A model generated the notes under the pieces. It searched no databases, was not told the origin of the DNA, and saw nothing but the letters and a program-made list of their open reading frames with translations. The translations under genes and the position numbers were made by a program. 64,000 bases of DNA from Ignavibacteriota bacterium (GTDB lineage: Bacteria; Bacteroidota; Ignavibacteria; Ignavibacteriales; Melioribacteraceae): assembly GCA_016708125.1 (NCBI GenBank), contig JADJGF010000001.1:3465902-3529901 (forward strand), given 5' to 3'. Within the stretch, counting starts at the first letter, position 1, and each line of letters opens with the position of its first letter. Of the stretch, positions 27,592-37,797 are shown piece by piece.

Positions 27592-28811
27592 TGGAAATAT
27601 TATTAGTAGCATTAAATTCGCTTAAGGCGAACAAGTTAAGATCACTTCTAACAATTCTTGGAATTATTGTAGGAATATTTTCTATTATTACAATTAGTAC
27701 AATAGTTTCAATGCTTCAGAACAGTATTGAAGAAGGAGTTTCTCAATTGGGACAAACTACTTTCCAAATACAAAAATATCCTGCGATGATGGATCGTGGA
27801 GATCGGGCAAAATATAGAAACCGTAAAGATTTAACAATTGACGAATATTATGAACTTCGTGATAAACTTCAAGGAGAAGCCGAAGCTGTTGGAGCAGAAC
27901 AATGGGATTTTGGTAAATTATTTACTTATGAAAACAAGGAAACAAATCCTAATGTACAATTAGTTGGCTGCACTCCGGAAGCATTTCCAAATAATAAATG
28001 GATTGCTGAATTCGGTCGTAATTTTAATTACACAGATGTTAATCGATATGAAAAATGCATTGTTCTTGGAAAGACTCTTGCCGAAACACTTTTTGAAGGA
28101 GCCGATCCTATTGGAATGGAAGTTAAAGTCGATAATAAAAAATTAAAAGTAATAGGCGTTTTAGAAAAACAAGCAACTTCTTTTGGAAATGATAAAGATA
28201 ATTTTGCAGCAATTCCATTAACAACTTTCCAAAGTTTTTATGGAAAATATAGCGAAAGCGTAAATATAACTGTTAGTTCATTCAGCAAAGAAGATTATGA
28301 TGATGTTATTGAAAAATCCGTTGGATATTTTAGAACTATTAGAAAAGTTCCGCCTGGTGAAGAGGATGACTTTGCAATTTTTTCGAATGAGTCTGTTTTA
28401 AATGATATAAATAGTATGACTGCCGGAGTTAAAATTGGAGCTTATGTAATTGCACTAATTGCTTTACTTGCTGCAGGAATTGGTATCATGAATATTATGC
28501 TTGTATCAGTTACTGAAAGAACAAAAGAAATTGGAATTCGCAAAGCAATCGGCGCAAAAAAGAGTAATATATTAGTACAATTTTTAATTGAATCGGTTGT
28601 GCTTTCTTTATTTGGCGGAGTTATAGGAATTATAATTGGATTAATAGTTGGAAATCTTGCCGGTTCTGCAATTGGCGGAGAATTCTCAATTCCTATGGAT
28701 TGGGTAGCAATTGGAGTTTTACTTTGCGTAATTGTTGGAGTTGGATTTGGAACCTACCCGGCTTACAAAGCTTCCAATCTTGATCCGATTGATGCACTAA
28801 GATATGAATAG
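27591..28811 (+). CDS. ABC transporter permease, MacB/FtsX-like (paralog B2)
   Basis: Closely matches B1. Start overlaps the A2 stop (TAATG). Confidence 0.9.
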   Translation: MEILLVALNSLKANKLRSLLTILGIIVGIFSIITISTIVSMLQNSIEEGVSQLGQTTFQIQKYPAMMDRGDRAKYRNRKDLTIDEYYELRDKLQGEAEAVGAEQWDFGKLFTYENKETNPNVQLVGCTPEAFPNNKWIAEFGRNFNYTDVNRYEKCIVLGKTLAETLFEGADPIGMEVKVDNKKLKVIGVLEKQATSFGNDKDNFAAIPLTTFQSFYGKYSESVNITVSSFSKEDYDDVIEKSVGYFRTIRKVPPGEEDDFAIFSNESVLNDINSMTAGVKIGAYVIALIALLAAGIGIMNIMLVSVTERTKEIGIRKAIGAKKSNILVQFLIESVVLSLFGGVIGIIIGLIVGNLAGSAIGGEFSIPMDWVAIGVLLCVIVGVGFGTYPAYKASNLDPIDALRYE

Positions 28812-28890
28812 ATGAAATATTAAAAATTAAAAATCTAATTGCAAAATGTGAAACTTAGATTCGTGCATTCGTGGCAAAATAATTAAATTC

Positions 28891-28919
28891 AAATCCCATC
28901 AATTCGGTGGGATTTTTTA
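28891..28919 (+). terminator. Rho-independent terminator after the efflux operon
   Basis: Stem AAATCCCA / TGGGATTT with a 9-nt loop, followed by a T-run. Confidence 0.7.
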
Positions 28920-28999
28920 TTTAATTGACTTGCATAAACTAATCACACCTTTTAGTTTTAATTAATAAAATTATTGCGATACCAAAATAAAGTCCATTT

Positions 29000-31900
29000 T
29001 TGAAATCACTTAAAAAAATAAATATTCTTTTCATACTTACATTTTTACTTTCAACTGTGCACGCACAAATGGATAGCACACAAATTTCAAGAGTTGATAC
29101 TTTCAAAATTAATTTTGAAAATATTTATGAGCTTAGTTCAGTTCATGTAATTCCATTTTCAGAAAAAGTTAAGATAAATAATAGACTGTTAAATCCAACT
29201 CAATACACATTTAACGTTCTTAACAATTCAATTTCACTCTCGGATACTTTAACATATTCAATTTTTGATACATTGTTTATTGAGTATAATTCAATTGATC
29301 TAAAATTAAAGAAACATTATAAAAATAGAACTTTAGTAAAATACTTTGATAGCAATTACAATCAATATATTGGAACAGTAAAGAATGAATCAATCGATCT
29401 TTCTTCTAAAGGAATTTTCGGGAAAGAATTAAAAAGCAGCGGAACTTTATTGCGCGGATTTACGTTTGGTTCAAATAAAGATTTAGAAGTAAACAGTGGT
29501 TTAAGGCTTCAACTTGCCGGGAAAATTTCTGATGAAATTGAAATTGTTGCCGCACTTACCGATGAAAATACTCCAATCCAGCCAGAAGGAAACACCGAAA
29601 GATTGGAAGAACTTGATAAAGTCTTTATTGAAATAAAGCATAAAAATGCAAATGCAGTTTTCGGTGATTATAATCTTAAACAAAATATTGGTGAATTTGG
29701 AAAAGTTGAACGAAAACTTCAAGGAGTCGTAGGAAATTTCAATATTGAAAATTATAACGGATCAGTTTCGTTTGCTTCATCGAGAGGGAAATTTAATTCA
29801 ATGCAGTTTAACGGAATTGACGGAGTTCAAGGTCCGTATAGACTTTCCGGAACTAACGGCGAAAATGATATTATTGTAATTGCCGGAAGTGAAAAAGTTT
29901 TTATGGATGGAAAGCAATTAAAGAGAGGCGAAAACAGCGAATATACTATAGAATATTCAATTGGAGAAATTACTTTTACACCAAAAATTTTAATAACTTC
30001 ATTAAGCAGAATTACAATTGATTTTGAATATACAAACCGTCAATATGATAGAAATACAATTTCAGCAAATGCAAATACGAATTATTTTAATAATAAATTA
30101 AAATTTTCAATAAATGCATATCAAGAAGGAGACAATAAAAATAATCCGATTGATTTTACAATTTCTAATGAAAGCGAACAAATATTAAATGCTGCTGGAG
30201 ATAATCAATTGCTTGCTTCGCAGCCCGGCATTATTGAGCTTGAAGGAGATTCGTTAGGATTATATTCAGTAGTTGATACAGTGATTTCTGGTGAAACTTA
30301 CAAAATTTATTTGTATTCACCCGGATTCGTAAATTCTAAGTTTAATATTATCTTCAGTTTTGTTGGTGAAAATAACGGAGATTATATTCGTGAAAGTATA
30401 GGAAAGTTTAAATTTGTAGGAGTTAAAAATGGCTCATATTTACCAATTAAATTATTGCCATTGCCGGAAAAAAATCAGCTGGGAAATTTTGTAATAGATT
30501 ATTCACCGATTGATAAAATAAATCTTAATTTAGAAATTGCCGGCAGCAGTTATGATAAAAATACTTTTTCAAATATTGATGATAAAGATAATAATGGATT
30601 TGCGAGAAATTTAAAAATTAAAATTGCTCCAATTGATTTAAATATTTTTGAAAATAATATTGGAAGTTTTAATGGATCATATCGAGATAGATTTATAAAC
30701 GAAAGATTTAAAAATATTGATAGAATTAATGAAATTGAATTTGAGCGAAATTATAATACATCAAATTCTTCCGTAAATGAAGAAAAATTACGAGAATTGC
30801 AATTTAATTATAATCCTCTTGAGAATATTGATTTTATTGGACAATACGGCAATCTTAAAAAAGGAAATAATTTTTCATCCGAAAGAATTTTAGCAAAAAC
30901 AAGTTGGCAGAATTATAATAATATCAATTTAAATTATGATTACGATTTTGTGAATTCGGAAAATTCAATTCTTAAATCAAATTGGTTTAAGCAAAATGGA
31001 GAGATTTCTTATCAATTGTTAAATCTTCAGCCGGGATTTTCATTTCGATCCGAAAATAAAAAAGAAAATAAAATTAATATTGATTCGTTGCTGAATAGCA
31101 GTTTGAATTATACCGAATATTCACCGTTTGTAAATTTAAGTTTAATAAATAATTTAATACTTTCCGCAAAATATACTTTCACAAAAGAATCTTTGCCGAA
31201 TAAAGGTAAACTAATTGAAGAATCAAAATCATATACACATACTTACTCATTAAGTTGGAATGAATTTAAAGAGTTTTCTACAATTTTAGATTTTTCGTTC
31301 AGAAATAAAAAATACTCAGAAACTTTTTCTCAATTGGGATTGAGCAATAATGAAACAATTCTTTTGCGTTCGCAATCAAATATAAATTTGTTCGATCGAT
31401 TTATTTACGGAAATATTTATTACAACGCCGCATCAGAAAGAACTGCAAAATTAGAAAAAGTTTTTATTCGAGTTATAGAAGGAACCGGAACTTATTCTTA
31501 CCAAGGTGATTTAAATAATAATGGAATTGCTGAAGAAAATGAATATATAATTGATCCATATGAAGGAGATTATATTCAGTCAACGCTTCCCACTGATGAA
31601 TTATTTCCGGTTATTGATTTAAAAATAAATTCACGTTTTCAAATTGATTTTGCTAAACAATTTGATCAATCAACTTTTATAAATACAATTTTAAATTCAT
31701 TGTACAGCGAAACAACTTTCAGAATTGAGGAAAACAGCAAAATCATTGATACGAAGAAAATATATTTGCTCAATTTTAATTCTTTCTTAAATGATTCAAC
31801 AACAATTCGAGGAACAAATTATTTTCAACAAGATTTGCATATTTTAAAAAATCAAAGAGATTTATCTTTTAGATTAAGATTTACGGAAAATAGAAATTTA

Positions 31901-32455
31901 AATCAGTTTAGTTCGGGAATAGAAAAATCATATTTAAAGGAAAAAGAGATCAGAATAAAATTTAGAATGGTTGATGAAATTAATAATGAAACTGAATTCA
32001 AAAATAAAATTGAAAACGTTCAAGCGCCGATAAATACTAATCGATCTCGACTTGTGAATTCAAATGAATTGCAAACTGATTTTTCATATCGTCCTTATAC
32101 TAATTTGGAATTTGGGTTCTTAATAAAAGTCAGCAGACTTGAAGATAAATTTCCATCAACTCCTACAATACTTGATGAAAATAAATTAAATTTACGTTTA
32201 ACTTTATCCTTATTGGAAAAAGGACGTTTAAGATTTGAATTTGAGCGAACAGAACTTCTTGTAAACACAAATCAAAATATTATTCCATTTGAAATTACTA
32301 ACGGAAATTTAATTGGTAAAAACTATATTTGGAGAACAAATTTTGATTATCGATTTACCGGAAATTTGCAAACAAATATTAATTACTCCGGAAGATTGCA
32401 AGGAAAAGGAAAAGTAATAAACACATTAAGAGCAGAAGCGAGAGCATACTTTTGA
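29000..32455 (+). CDS. Large (1151 aa) outer-membrane beta-barrel-like protein of unknown family
   Basis: Signal peptide (..LLSTVHAQ), N/S/Y/F-rich alternating pattern throughout, C-terminal ...RAEARAYF ending in Phe (OMP beta-signal). TTG start. Confidence 0.6.
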   Translation: MKSLKKINILFILTFLLSTVHAQMDSTQISRVDTFKINFENIYELSSVHVIPFSEKVKINNRLLNPTQYTFNVLNNSISLSDTLTYSIFDTLFIEYNSIDLKLKKHYKNRTLVKYFDSNYNQYIGTVKNESIDLSSKGIFGKELKSSGTLLRGFTFGSNKDLEVNSGLRLQLAGKISDEIEIVAALTDENTPIQPEGNTERLEELDKVFIEIKHKNANAVFGDYNLKQNIGEFGKVERKLQGVVGNFNIENYNGSVSFASSRGKFNSMQFNGIDGVQGPYRLSGTNGENDIIVIAGSEKVFMDGKQLKRGENSEYTIEYSIGEITFTPKILITSLSRITIDFEYTNRQYDRNTISANANTNYFNNKLKFSINAYQEGDNKNNPIDFTISNESEQILNAAGDNQLLASQPGIIELEGDSLGLYSVVDTVISGETYKIYLYSPGFVNSKFNIIFSFVGENNGDYIRESIGKFKFVGVKNGSYLPIKLLPLPEKNQLGNFVIDYSPIDKINLNLEIAGSSYDKNTFSNIDDKDNNGFARNLKIKIAPIDLNIFENNIGSFNGSYRDRFINERFKNIDRINEIEFERNYNTSNSSVNEEKLRELQFNYNPLENIDFIGQYGNLKKGNNFSSERILAKTSWQNYNNINLNYDYDFVNSENSILKSNWFKQNGEISYQLLNLQPGFSFRSENKKENKINIDSLLNSSLNYTEYSPFVNLSLINNLILSAKYTFTKESLPNKGKLIEESKSYTHTYSLSWNEFKEFSTILDFSFRNKKYSETFSQLGLSNNETILLRSQSNINLFDRFIYGNIYYNAASERTAKLEKVFIRVIEGTGTYSYQGDLNNNGIAEENEYIIDPYEGDYIQSTLPTDELFPVIDLKINSRFQIDFAKQFDQSTFINTILNSLYSETTFRIEENSKIIDTKKIYLLNFNSFLNDSTTIRGTNYFQQDLHILKNQRDLSFRLRFTENRNLNQFSSGIEKSYLKEKEIRIKFRMVDEINNETEFKNKIENVQAPINTNRSRLVNSNELQTDFSYRPYTNLEFGFLIKVSRLEDKFPSTPTILDENKLNLRLTLSLLEKGRLRFEFERTELLVNTNQNIIPFEITNGNLIGKNYIWRTNFDYRFTGNLQTNINYSGRLQGKGKVINTLRAEARAYF

Positions 32456-32472
32456 AAATCATAAGGAATTCA

Positions 32473-32940
32473 ATGAGAATTGTAACGGGTTTAATTGAAG
32501 CTCATATTGTTAGAATGAAAAATGAGCAGTTGGAATTTTTATTATTAAAACGAGCGCCGAATGAAAAATATCCACACATTTGGCAAATGGTAACTGGAAA
32601 AATAAAACCAAATGAAAAAGCTTACGAAACAGTAATTCGAGAAATAAAAGAAGAAACAAATTTGGAAATCCATGAATTATTTGTGGTGCCCAAAACTAAT
32701 TCATTTTACAATGAAGTAGATGATACAATTATGCAAATTCCGGTTTTTGCTGCAACTGTAATAAATGAAGAAGTGATAGTGTTAAGCAAAGAGCATACAG
32801 AATATAAATGGGTTGAATATAAAAAAGTAAAAAAACTATTAGCATGGCCCGGACAAAAAGGTTCCACGAAAATAATCTCAGATTTTTTTGAACGAAAATA
32901 TAAATCATTGAATTTTATAAAAATTGAAATTGTCAAATAA
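32473..32940 (+). CDS. NUDIX hydrolase
   Basis: Nudix box GKIKPNEKAYETVIREIKEETNL (GX5EX7REUXEEXGU). ATG 32473 is preceded by AAGGAA. Confidence 0.85.
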   Translation: MRIVTGLIEAHIVRMKNEQLEFLLLKRAPNEKYPHIWQMVTGKIKPNEKAYETVIREIKEETNLEIHELFVVPKTNSFYNEVDDTIMQIPVFAATVINEEVIVLSKEHTEYKWVEYKKVKKLLAWPGQKGSTKIISDFFERKYKSLNFIKIEIVK

Positions 32941-33792
32941 TTGAAAACAAAATTTCTATTCCCAAAAATAATTTTTTTATTAGTGTTTCAATTCACAATC
33001 ATATATGCACAAGAAAATATTGAAAAGTCTGATTCATTAAATATTGGCGATAAAATTATTAATGATATTGAATTATCCTTTAATGATAATCTGAATTATT
33101 TTATTCGTCCAACTAATTTTAAAGCTTCTGATTGGATGATATTTTCTGGTGTTGTTGCTTCAACCGGTTTGTTAATGACAATTGATGAAGAAGTTAAAAC
33201 TGTAGTTAGAAAAAACCAAACAAGTTTTCAAAATGACTTTACTAAAATTGGAAAATATTATGGAGAGTCATTCACATTATTGGGTTTACCCTTTATTATT
33301 TATGGAAGCGGTTTAATTTTTGATAATAATGAATTTAGAACAACCGGAAGAATTTTAATTGAATCTTTAGCTGCCGCCGGAATTACAACAACTGCGTTAA
33401 AATTTATTATTGGTAGAAGTCGACCCCGAAAAAATATGGGCGAATTCGATTTCAATTATTTTGAATTAAAAAATATAAATGTTTCGCTGCCAAGCGGACA
33501 TACAACAGTGGCTTTCACAATTAGTACGGTTTTATCGGAAAGAATTGATAATATATATGCCAGCATTGCTTTATATGGATTAGCTTCTCTTACAGCTTAC
33601 CAAAGAATTTATTCAAACAATCATTGGCTTTCCGATACTTTTCTTGGAGCTGCGATTGGAATTACAGCCGGAAAGTTTTTTTCAAATTTAGAAGAAGAAA
33701 AAAATGTTAAAGGAAATAATGGAATTAGTTACAAAATTATGCCGAATATTAATTCTTCAAATATAGGATTTGCAATTCAAATTCAATTTTAA
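32941..33792 (+). CDS. PAP2-family (type 2 phosphatidic acid phosphatase-like) membrane phosphatase
   Basis: KFIIGRSRP, PSGHT and SNNHWLSD are the three PAP2 motifs. Signal peptide present. Confidence 0.85.
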   Translation: MKTKFLFPKIIFLLVFQFTIIYAQENIEKSDSLNIGDKIINDIELSFNDNLNYFIRPTNFKASDWMIFSGVVASTGLLMTIDEEVKTVVRKNQTSFQNDFTKIGKYYGESFTLLGLPFIIYGSGLIFDNNEFRTTGRILIESLAAAGITTTALKFIIGRSRPRKNMGEFDFNYFELKNINVSLPSGHTTVAFTISTVLSERIDNIYASIALYGLASLTAYQRIYSNNHWLSDTFLGAAIGITAGKFFSNLEEEKNVKGNNGISYKIMPNINSSNIGFAIQIQF

Positions 33793-33868
33793 AAAAAGTT
33801 CAAATAGTAAAATGAGTCAACAATTTTTTATATTTCATTTATAATTTTTGTTTTTATCTGGAGGTAAA

Positions 33869-34783
33869 TTGGATTTATTAGTCGTTGGTTCTGTAGGTTT
33901 GGATTATGTTGAAACTCCTTTTGGAAAAATAGAAAATGCCTTAGGCGGTGCAGCAACTTATATTTCTTTAACGGCAAGTTATTTTACTCAGCCAATAAAA
34001 TTAGTTGGTGTGGTTGGTGAAGATTTTCCAAAGGAACATATTGAAATGTTGGAAAATCATATGGTTGATTTGGAAAATTTGGAAATAATTAAAAATGGCA
34101 AAACATTTCGTTGGGGTGGAAAATATCATTATGATTTAAATGTTAGAGATACTTTATATACACATCTAAATGTGTTTGAGAATTTCAATCCAATTGTTCC
34201 GGAAAAATCAAAAGAAAATAGTTTTGTAATTTTAGGAAATATTCAGCCATCATTACAGCTTTCCGTAATTGAACAATTAAAGGGAAATAATTTTATTATT
34301 TGCGATACAATGAATTTGTGGATTAACACAACTTTAAATGATCTGAAAAAAGTATTGGCAAAAACTAACGTATTGATTATAAATGATTCAGAAGCAAGAT
34401 TGCTTTCCAACGAAGCAAATTTAATTAAAGCTTCAAGAATAATTAGAGAAATGGGACCGGAATATTTGATAATTAAAAAAGGTGAACATGGTGCATTGCT
34501 TTTCCACAATAATACAGTTTTCTCAGCACCGGCTTATCCTTTAGAATCAATATTTGATCCAACCGGAGCGGGCGATACTTTTCTCGGTGGTTTCGCGGGT
34601 TATTTGCATAGTACAATAGATAGAAATTTTGATAATGTAAAACGTGCCGTAATTTACGGAAGTGCAATGGCTTCTTTCTGCGTGGAACAATTCAGCACAA
34701 AAGGTTTGGAAGATTTAGATAAACTTCAGATACATGATAGATTTATTGAATTTAGGGAGCTTTCAAAATTTGATGACCTTTAA
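33869..34783 (+). CDS. PfkB-family carbohydrate/nucleoside kinase
   Basis: N-terminal LLVVGSVGLDYV, anion-hole/catalytic DPTGAGDTF. GGAGG RBS before TTG 33869. The last two codons and the stop are supplied by the integrated element. Confidence 0.8.
   Translation: MDLLVVGSVGLDYVETPFGKIENALGGAATYISLTASYFTQPIKLVGVVGEDFPKEHIEMLENHMVDLENLEIIKNGKTFRWGGKYHYDLNVRDTLYTHLNVFENFNPIVPEKSKENSFVILGNIQPSLQLSVIEQLKGNNFIICDTMNLWINTTLNDLKKVLAKTNVLIINDSEARLLSNEANLIKASRIIREMGPEYLIIKKGEHGALLFHNNTVFSAPAYPLESIFDPTGAGDTFLGGFAGYLHSTIDRNFDNVKRAVIYGSAMASFCVEQFSTKGLEDLDKLQIHDRFIEFRELSKFDDL
34757..34777. repeat. attL core: 21-bp direct repeat GAGCTTTCAAAATTTGATGAC
   Basis: Identical 21-mer at 44595-44615. Lies in the last codons of the PfkB gene. 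Confidence 0.85.
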
Positions 34784-34948
34784 TGTTTTACTATATTTTT
34801 TAACGTTTCTTTATGTTAGTTAAATTACTACTCTACAATCTCTTAAGTTATTTTATATACAAACAACGTTCTTTAACGTTTTCCAAGAAACAAGATTCTT
34901 TGTTGCGATTTTGTTTCACAAAACATTTTTAACTTAAGAGGAAATAAA

Positions 34949-36082
34949 ATGAAAGTAAAAATTTTCGAAAAAAAATTAAATCCAACTAAACTTTTTCCAA
35001 AAGGTAGAATTGCTTTATATCTTGATTTTTATCACCAAGGAAAAAGAAAATTTGAAACACTTAATTTATTCATTGAACCGGAAATGAGTAAAATTGAAAA
35101 ATCCAATATTAGAGAAATTGCTGAGAAAATTCGGAATGAAAGAGCAACTATATTTTATCAGAATGAATTTAGCGTACAACTTGAAACCACATTAAATAAG
35201 GACTTTAAAGACTATTTAGAAAAATTTGTTCTTTATAAAAAAAATAAGGGAATTACATTTACAGCCTATCATGGTGTATCGGTTAAGATAAATAAATTCC
35301 ATAAAGGTAAACTAACTTTTAGAATGATAGATTCTTATTGGATTGAAAGTTTTTTTAATTTCTTACGAGCTGAGGTAAAGTCAAAAAATACTCAAAACGC
35401 ATATGCAAATAAACTAAGTGCGGTTTTAAATTCAGCTGTAAAAGATAAATTCATTTCTTCAAATCCTATGCTGCATATAAAGAAACCGGAAAAAGTATCT
35501 GTACAGAAAGTTTATTTGATTGAAAGTGAAATTAAACAGTTAATCGATACCCCAATAAAACACAAAGAATTAAAATTAGGTTTTTTATTTAGTTGCTTTA
35601 CCGGATTAAGATATTCAGATATAAAAAAATTAACCTGGAGCGAAATCAAAAATAATCGTATTGAAATAATTCAGAAAAAAACAAAAGAGCCTATTTATCT
35701 TGATCTAAGCGATACAGCAATTGCGATATTAAATCAAAAGTATCAATTAGAAACAATAAACAATATTAAACCAATGCCAAATAGAAGAGTTTTTAGGCTA
35801 CCTGGTAACAAAAGGAATGATTTACTAAGGGAGTGGGCTAAAAAGGCTTGCTTGGATGAAATCCGATGGAAAAAAACTGAAGATTCAAAATCACATCTAA
35901 CTTTTCACAGTGCACGACATACTTATGCAACTTTAGCAATTACTCAAGGTATTGATCTTTATACAGTGAGCCAATTATTAGGACATACTGACATTAAAAC
36001 CACTCAAGTATATGCAAAAATTATTAATGAAAGAAGAAAAGAAGAACTTAAAAAACTTCCATTATTTGAATCATTTGCTTAA
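34949..36082 (+). CDS. Tyrosine-type site-specific integrase
   Basis: Catalytic pattern FTGLRYSD (R), HSARHTYAT (HxxR), LLGHTDIKTTQVYAKI (H, Y). N-terminal SAM-like/arm-binding region. Confidence 0.9.
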   Translation: MKVKIFEKKLNPTKLFPKGRIALYLDFYHQGKRKFETLNLFIEPEMSKIEKSNIREIAEKIRNERATIFYQNEFSVQLETTLNKDFKDYLEKFVLYKKNKGITFTAYHGVSVKINKFHKGKLTFRMIDSYWIESFFNFLRAEVKSKNTQNAYANKLSAVLNSAVKDKFISSNPMLHIKKPEKVSVQKVYLIESEIKQLIDTPIKHKELKLGFLFSCFTGLRYSDIKKLTWSEIKNNRIEIIQKKTKEPIYLDLSDTAIAILNQKYQLETINNIKPMPNRRVFRLPGNKRNDLLREWAKKACLDEIRWKKTEDSKSHLTFHSARHTYATLAITQGIDLYTVSQLLGHTDIKTTQVYAKIINERRKEELKKLPLFESFA

Positions 36083-36092
36083 AGGTAATTAA

Positions 36093-36887
36093 ATGGATAA
36101 AACTTTAATAAATATTATTGTTGATGAAATTGAAAAAGAAATTGTTAGTACAGATCAAAGGCATTATTCAGAAATTCAAGAATCTGAACTTTTAAATTTA
36201 CGATATAGTGAAGAACTTGATAATGATTCAAACTTTTTAGCTTACAAAAATAGAATTTTTTCTCATGGATTTGTTTTAAGAAAAACTAATCAAGATAAAT
36301 ATATTTTCTATAATGAAGTTCTAAAATTTATTAATAATATTTATAAACCGGATATACTAAGAAAAACAATTGGAAATAATAAAATTGTTTCGAAATATGA
36401 AACAACTAAGGTTTTATCAATTCTGAATGCTGAACATTATTTAAAAAATGAAATTGAGGAATTGTCTAAATTAATTCAGTTAAATCTTCAGAAAGAAACG
36501 AAAGAAGAAATTAAAGAGGAATTACCGGACCTGATAAATGGTCCTGAAGAAAATCCAAGAGAAAGGAAAATTTCAAAATTTATTGAAGACTGTTTTTTAC
36601 ATTTGGATGGTGAAATTGTCAATTTTTTTAATGTGGAATTTGGAAATAAAAAAATTAATAAGCAACAAAAAGCTTTTCTTTGTAATGAAGCTGCAGTTCA
36701 AAAATTTAGTTTTGAATCAGATAAAAATTTGATCAAAATGGCAATAGGGAAAAACTTAAAATTAAATTTGGAAAAGGACATCATAAAACAGGTTTCGAAC
36801 CTTATTCATAATGCTGAAAACAATCATGAAAAAGGGAAAATATTGTTATTTTTAAGTAGTGAACTTGCGAAAAAGATAAATAAATAA
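36093..36887 (+). CDS. Hypothetical protein (element-encoded)
   Basis: ORF with an RBS-like AAAGG upstream. No recognised motif. Confidence 0.5.
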   Translation: MDKTLINIIVDEIEKEIVSTDQRHYSEIQESELLNLRYSEELDNDSNFLAYKNRIFSHGFVLRKTNQDKYIFYNEVLKFINNIYKPDILRKTIGNNKIVSKYETTKVLSILNAEHYLKNEIEELSKLIQLNLQKETKEEIKEELPDLINGPEENPRERKISKFIEDCFLHLDGEIVNFFNVEFGNKKINKQQKAFLCNEAAVQKFSFESDKNLIKMAIGKNLKLNLEKDIIKQVSNLIHNAENNHEKGKILLFLSSELAKKINK

Positions 36888-36898
36888 AAGGGTGAGCG

Positions 36899-36967
36899 TC
36901 AAACCTCACTTTTTACCTCAAACCTCACTTTTTACCTCAAACCTCACTTTTTACCTCAAATTTTACC
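36899..36967. repeat. Tandem 19-bp repeat TCAAACCTCACTTTTTACC x3 plus a 12-bp partial copy (iteron-like)
   Basis: Three perfect head-to-tail copies at 36899-36917, 36918-36936 and 36937-36955, then tcaaattttacc. Confidence 0.95.
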
Positions 36968-37030
36968 TTAAAACGATTTGAACAACTTTATTTAAATAAC
37001 GTTATTTGAAGTAACATTTTTGGATATTAA

Positions 37031-37348
37031 ATGACTTCAGATCAAGAAAAACAGTTAGACGATTTAAATAAACAAATTCAAGAAATGAAATCAGATAGAA
37101 TAAAATTTGATAAAGAATTAGAAAAATATAATTACAATCCAAATTATAAGGCAAAAAAAATGGAAGAAAAAAAAAGTGAAATCGAGAAATTAAAACTGGA
37201 AGAAAAGCGTATGTTTGATTTGCATCGTGAATATTGGAACAAACCCAATCTTTCACAATGCGAGCTTGGACTTTTTCAAAGAAATGCTACAGAATTAAAG
37301 AATATTAGAGTTAAAATTTCTGAAGAGGAGAAAAAATTAAATGGATAA
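37031..37348 (+). CDS. Hypothetical coiled-coil protein
   Basis: K/E-rich heptad-like sequence. No motif. Confidence 0.45.
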   Translation: MTSDQEKQLDDLNKQIQEMKSDRIKFDKELEKYNYNPNYKAKKMEEKKSEIEKLKLEEKRMFDLHREYWNKPNLSQCELGLFQRNATELKNIRVKISEEEKKLNG

Positions 37349-37796
37349 TTTAATTGCACGTGTTTATAAAGTTGTTGAAAATATTGATAAAAAAGAAGGT
37401 GAAGTATTATTAACTGAAGTCAATGAATTGATTGAAAAGAAAAGATCAACATATTTAAAAGCATTTTATCCTTTACTTGCTAAAGGCGATTTCTCCGGAC
37501 ATGAATTAGCAAATACTTCAGCTGAATCAATTCTTTCAACTCACAGGGCACAATTTACAAGAAATTTGAGTAACACACTTTCAATTATTGAAAATTCAGT
37601 TGCTCTAAATAGAATTGATTTTGTGAGCTGCATTATTTACCCTTTAGCTGATTTGTTTGCAGATCAAGTACATCAAAGATCAAGGTTTAATGCAATTAAA
37701 AATGAGTTTGAAGCTGAAGAAAATAGAAAACAATTAAATGAAGAGTGGAAAACTTTATTTTCATTGAAAAGAAAATTATTGGCAACATTAGTTTAA
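37341..37796 (+). CDS. Hypothetical protein
   Basis: Start overlaps the upstream gene. No motif. Confidence 0.45.
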   Translation: MDNLIARVYKVVENIDKKEGEVLLTEVNELIEKKRSTYLKAFYPLLAKGDFSGHELANTSAESILSTHRAQFTRNLSNTLSIIENSVALNRIDFVSCIIYPLADLFADQVHQRSRFNAIKNEFEAEENRKQLNEEWKTLFSLKRKLLATLV

Positions 37797-37797
37797 C

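Noticed and set aside
34907-34920. TGTGAAACA/TGTTTCACA motif as parS (it resembles half of TGTTTCACGTGAAACA)
   Set aside because: No full 16-bp palindrome is present at any of the four sites. None of them is near parAB, and all are confined to the integrative element.
36899-36967. Possible CRISPR array, because of perfect short repeats
   Set aside because: The 19-bp units are directly adjacent with no spacers. There are only 3.6 copies and no cas genes nearby. It is a plain tandem repeat and is treated as iteron-like.
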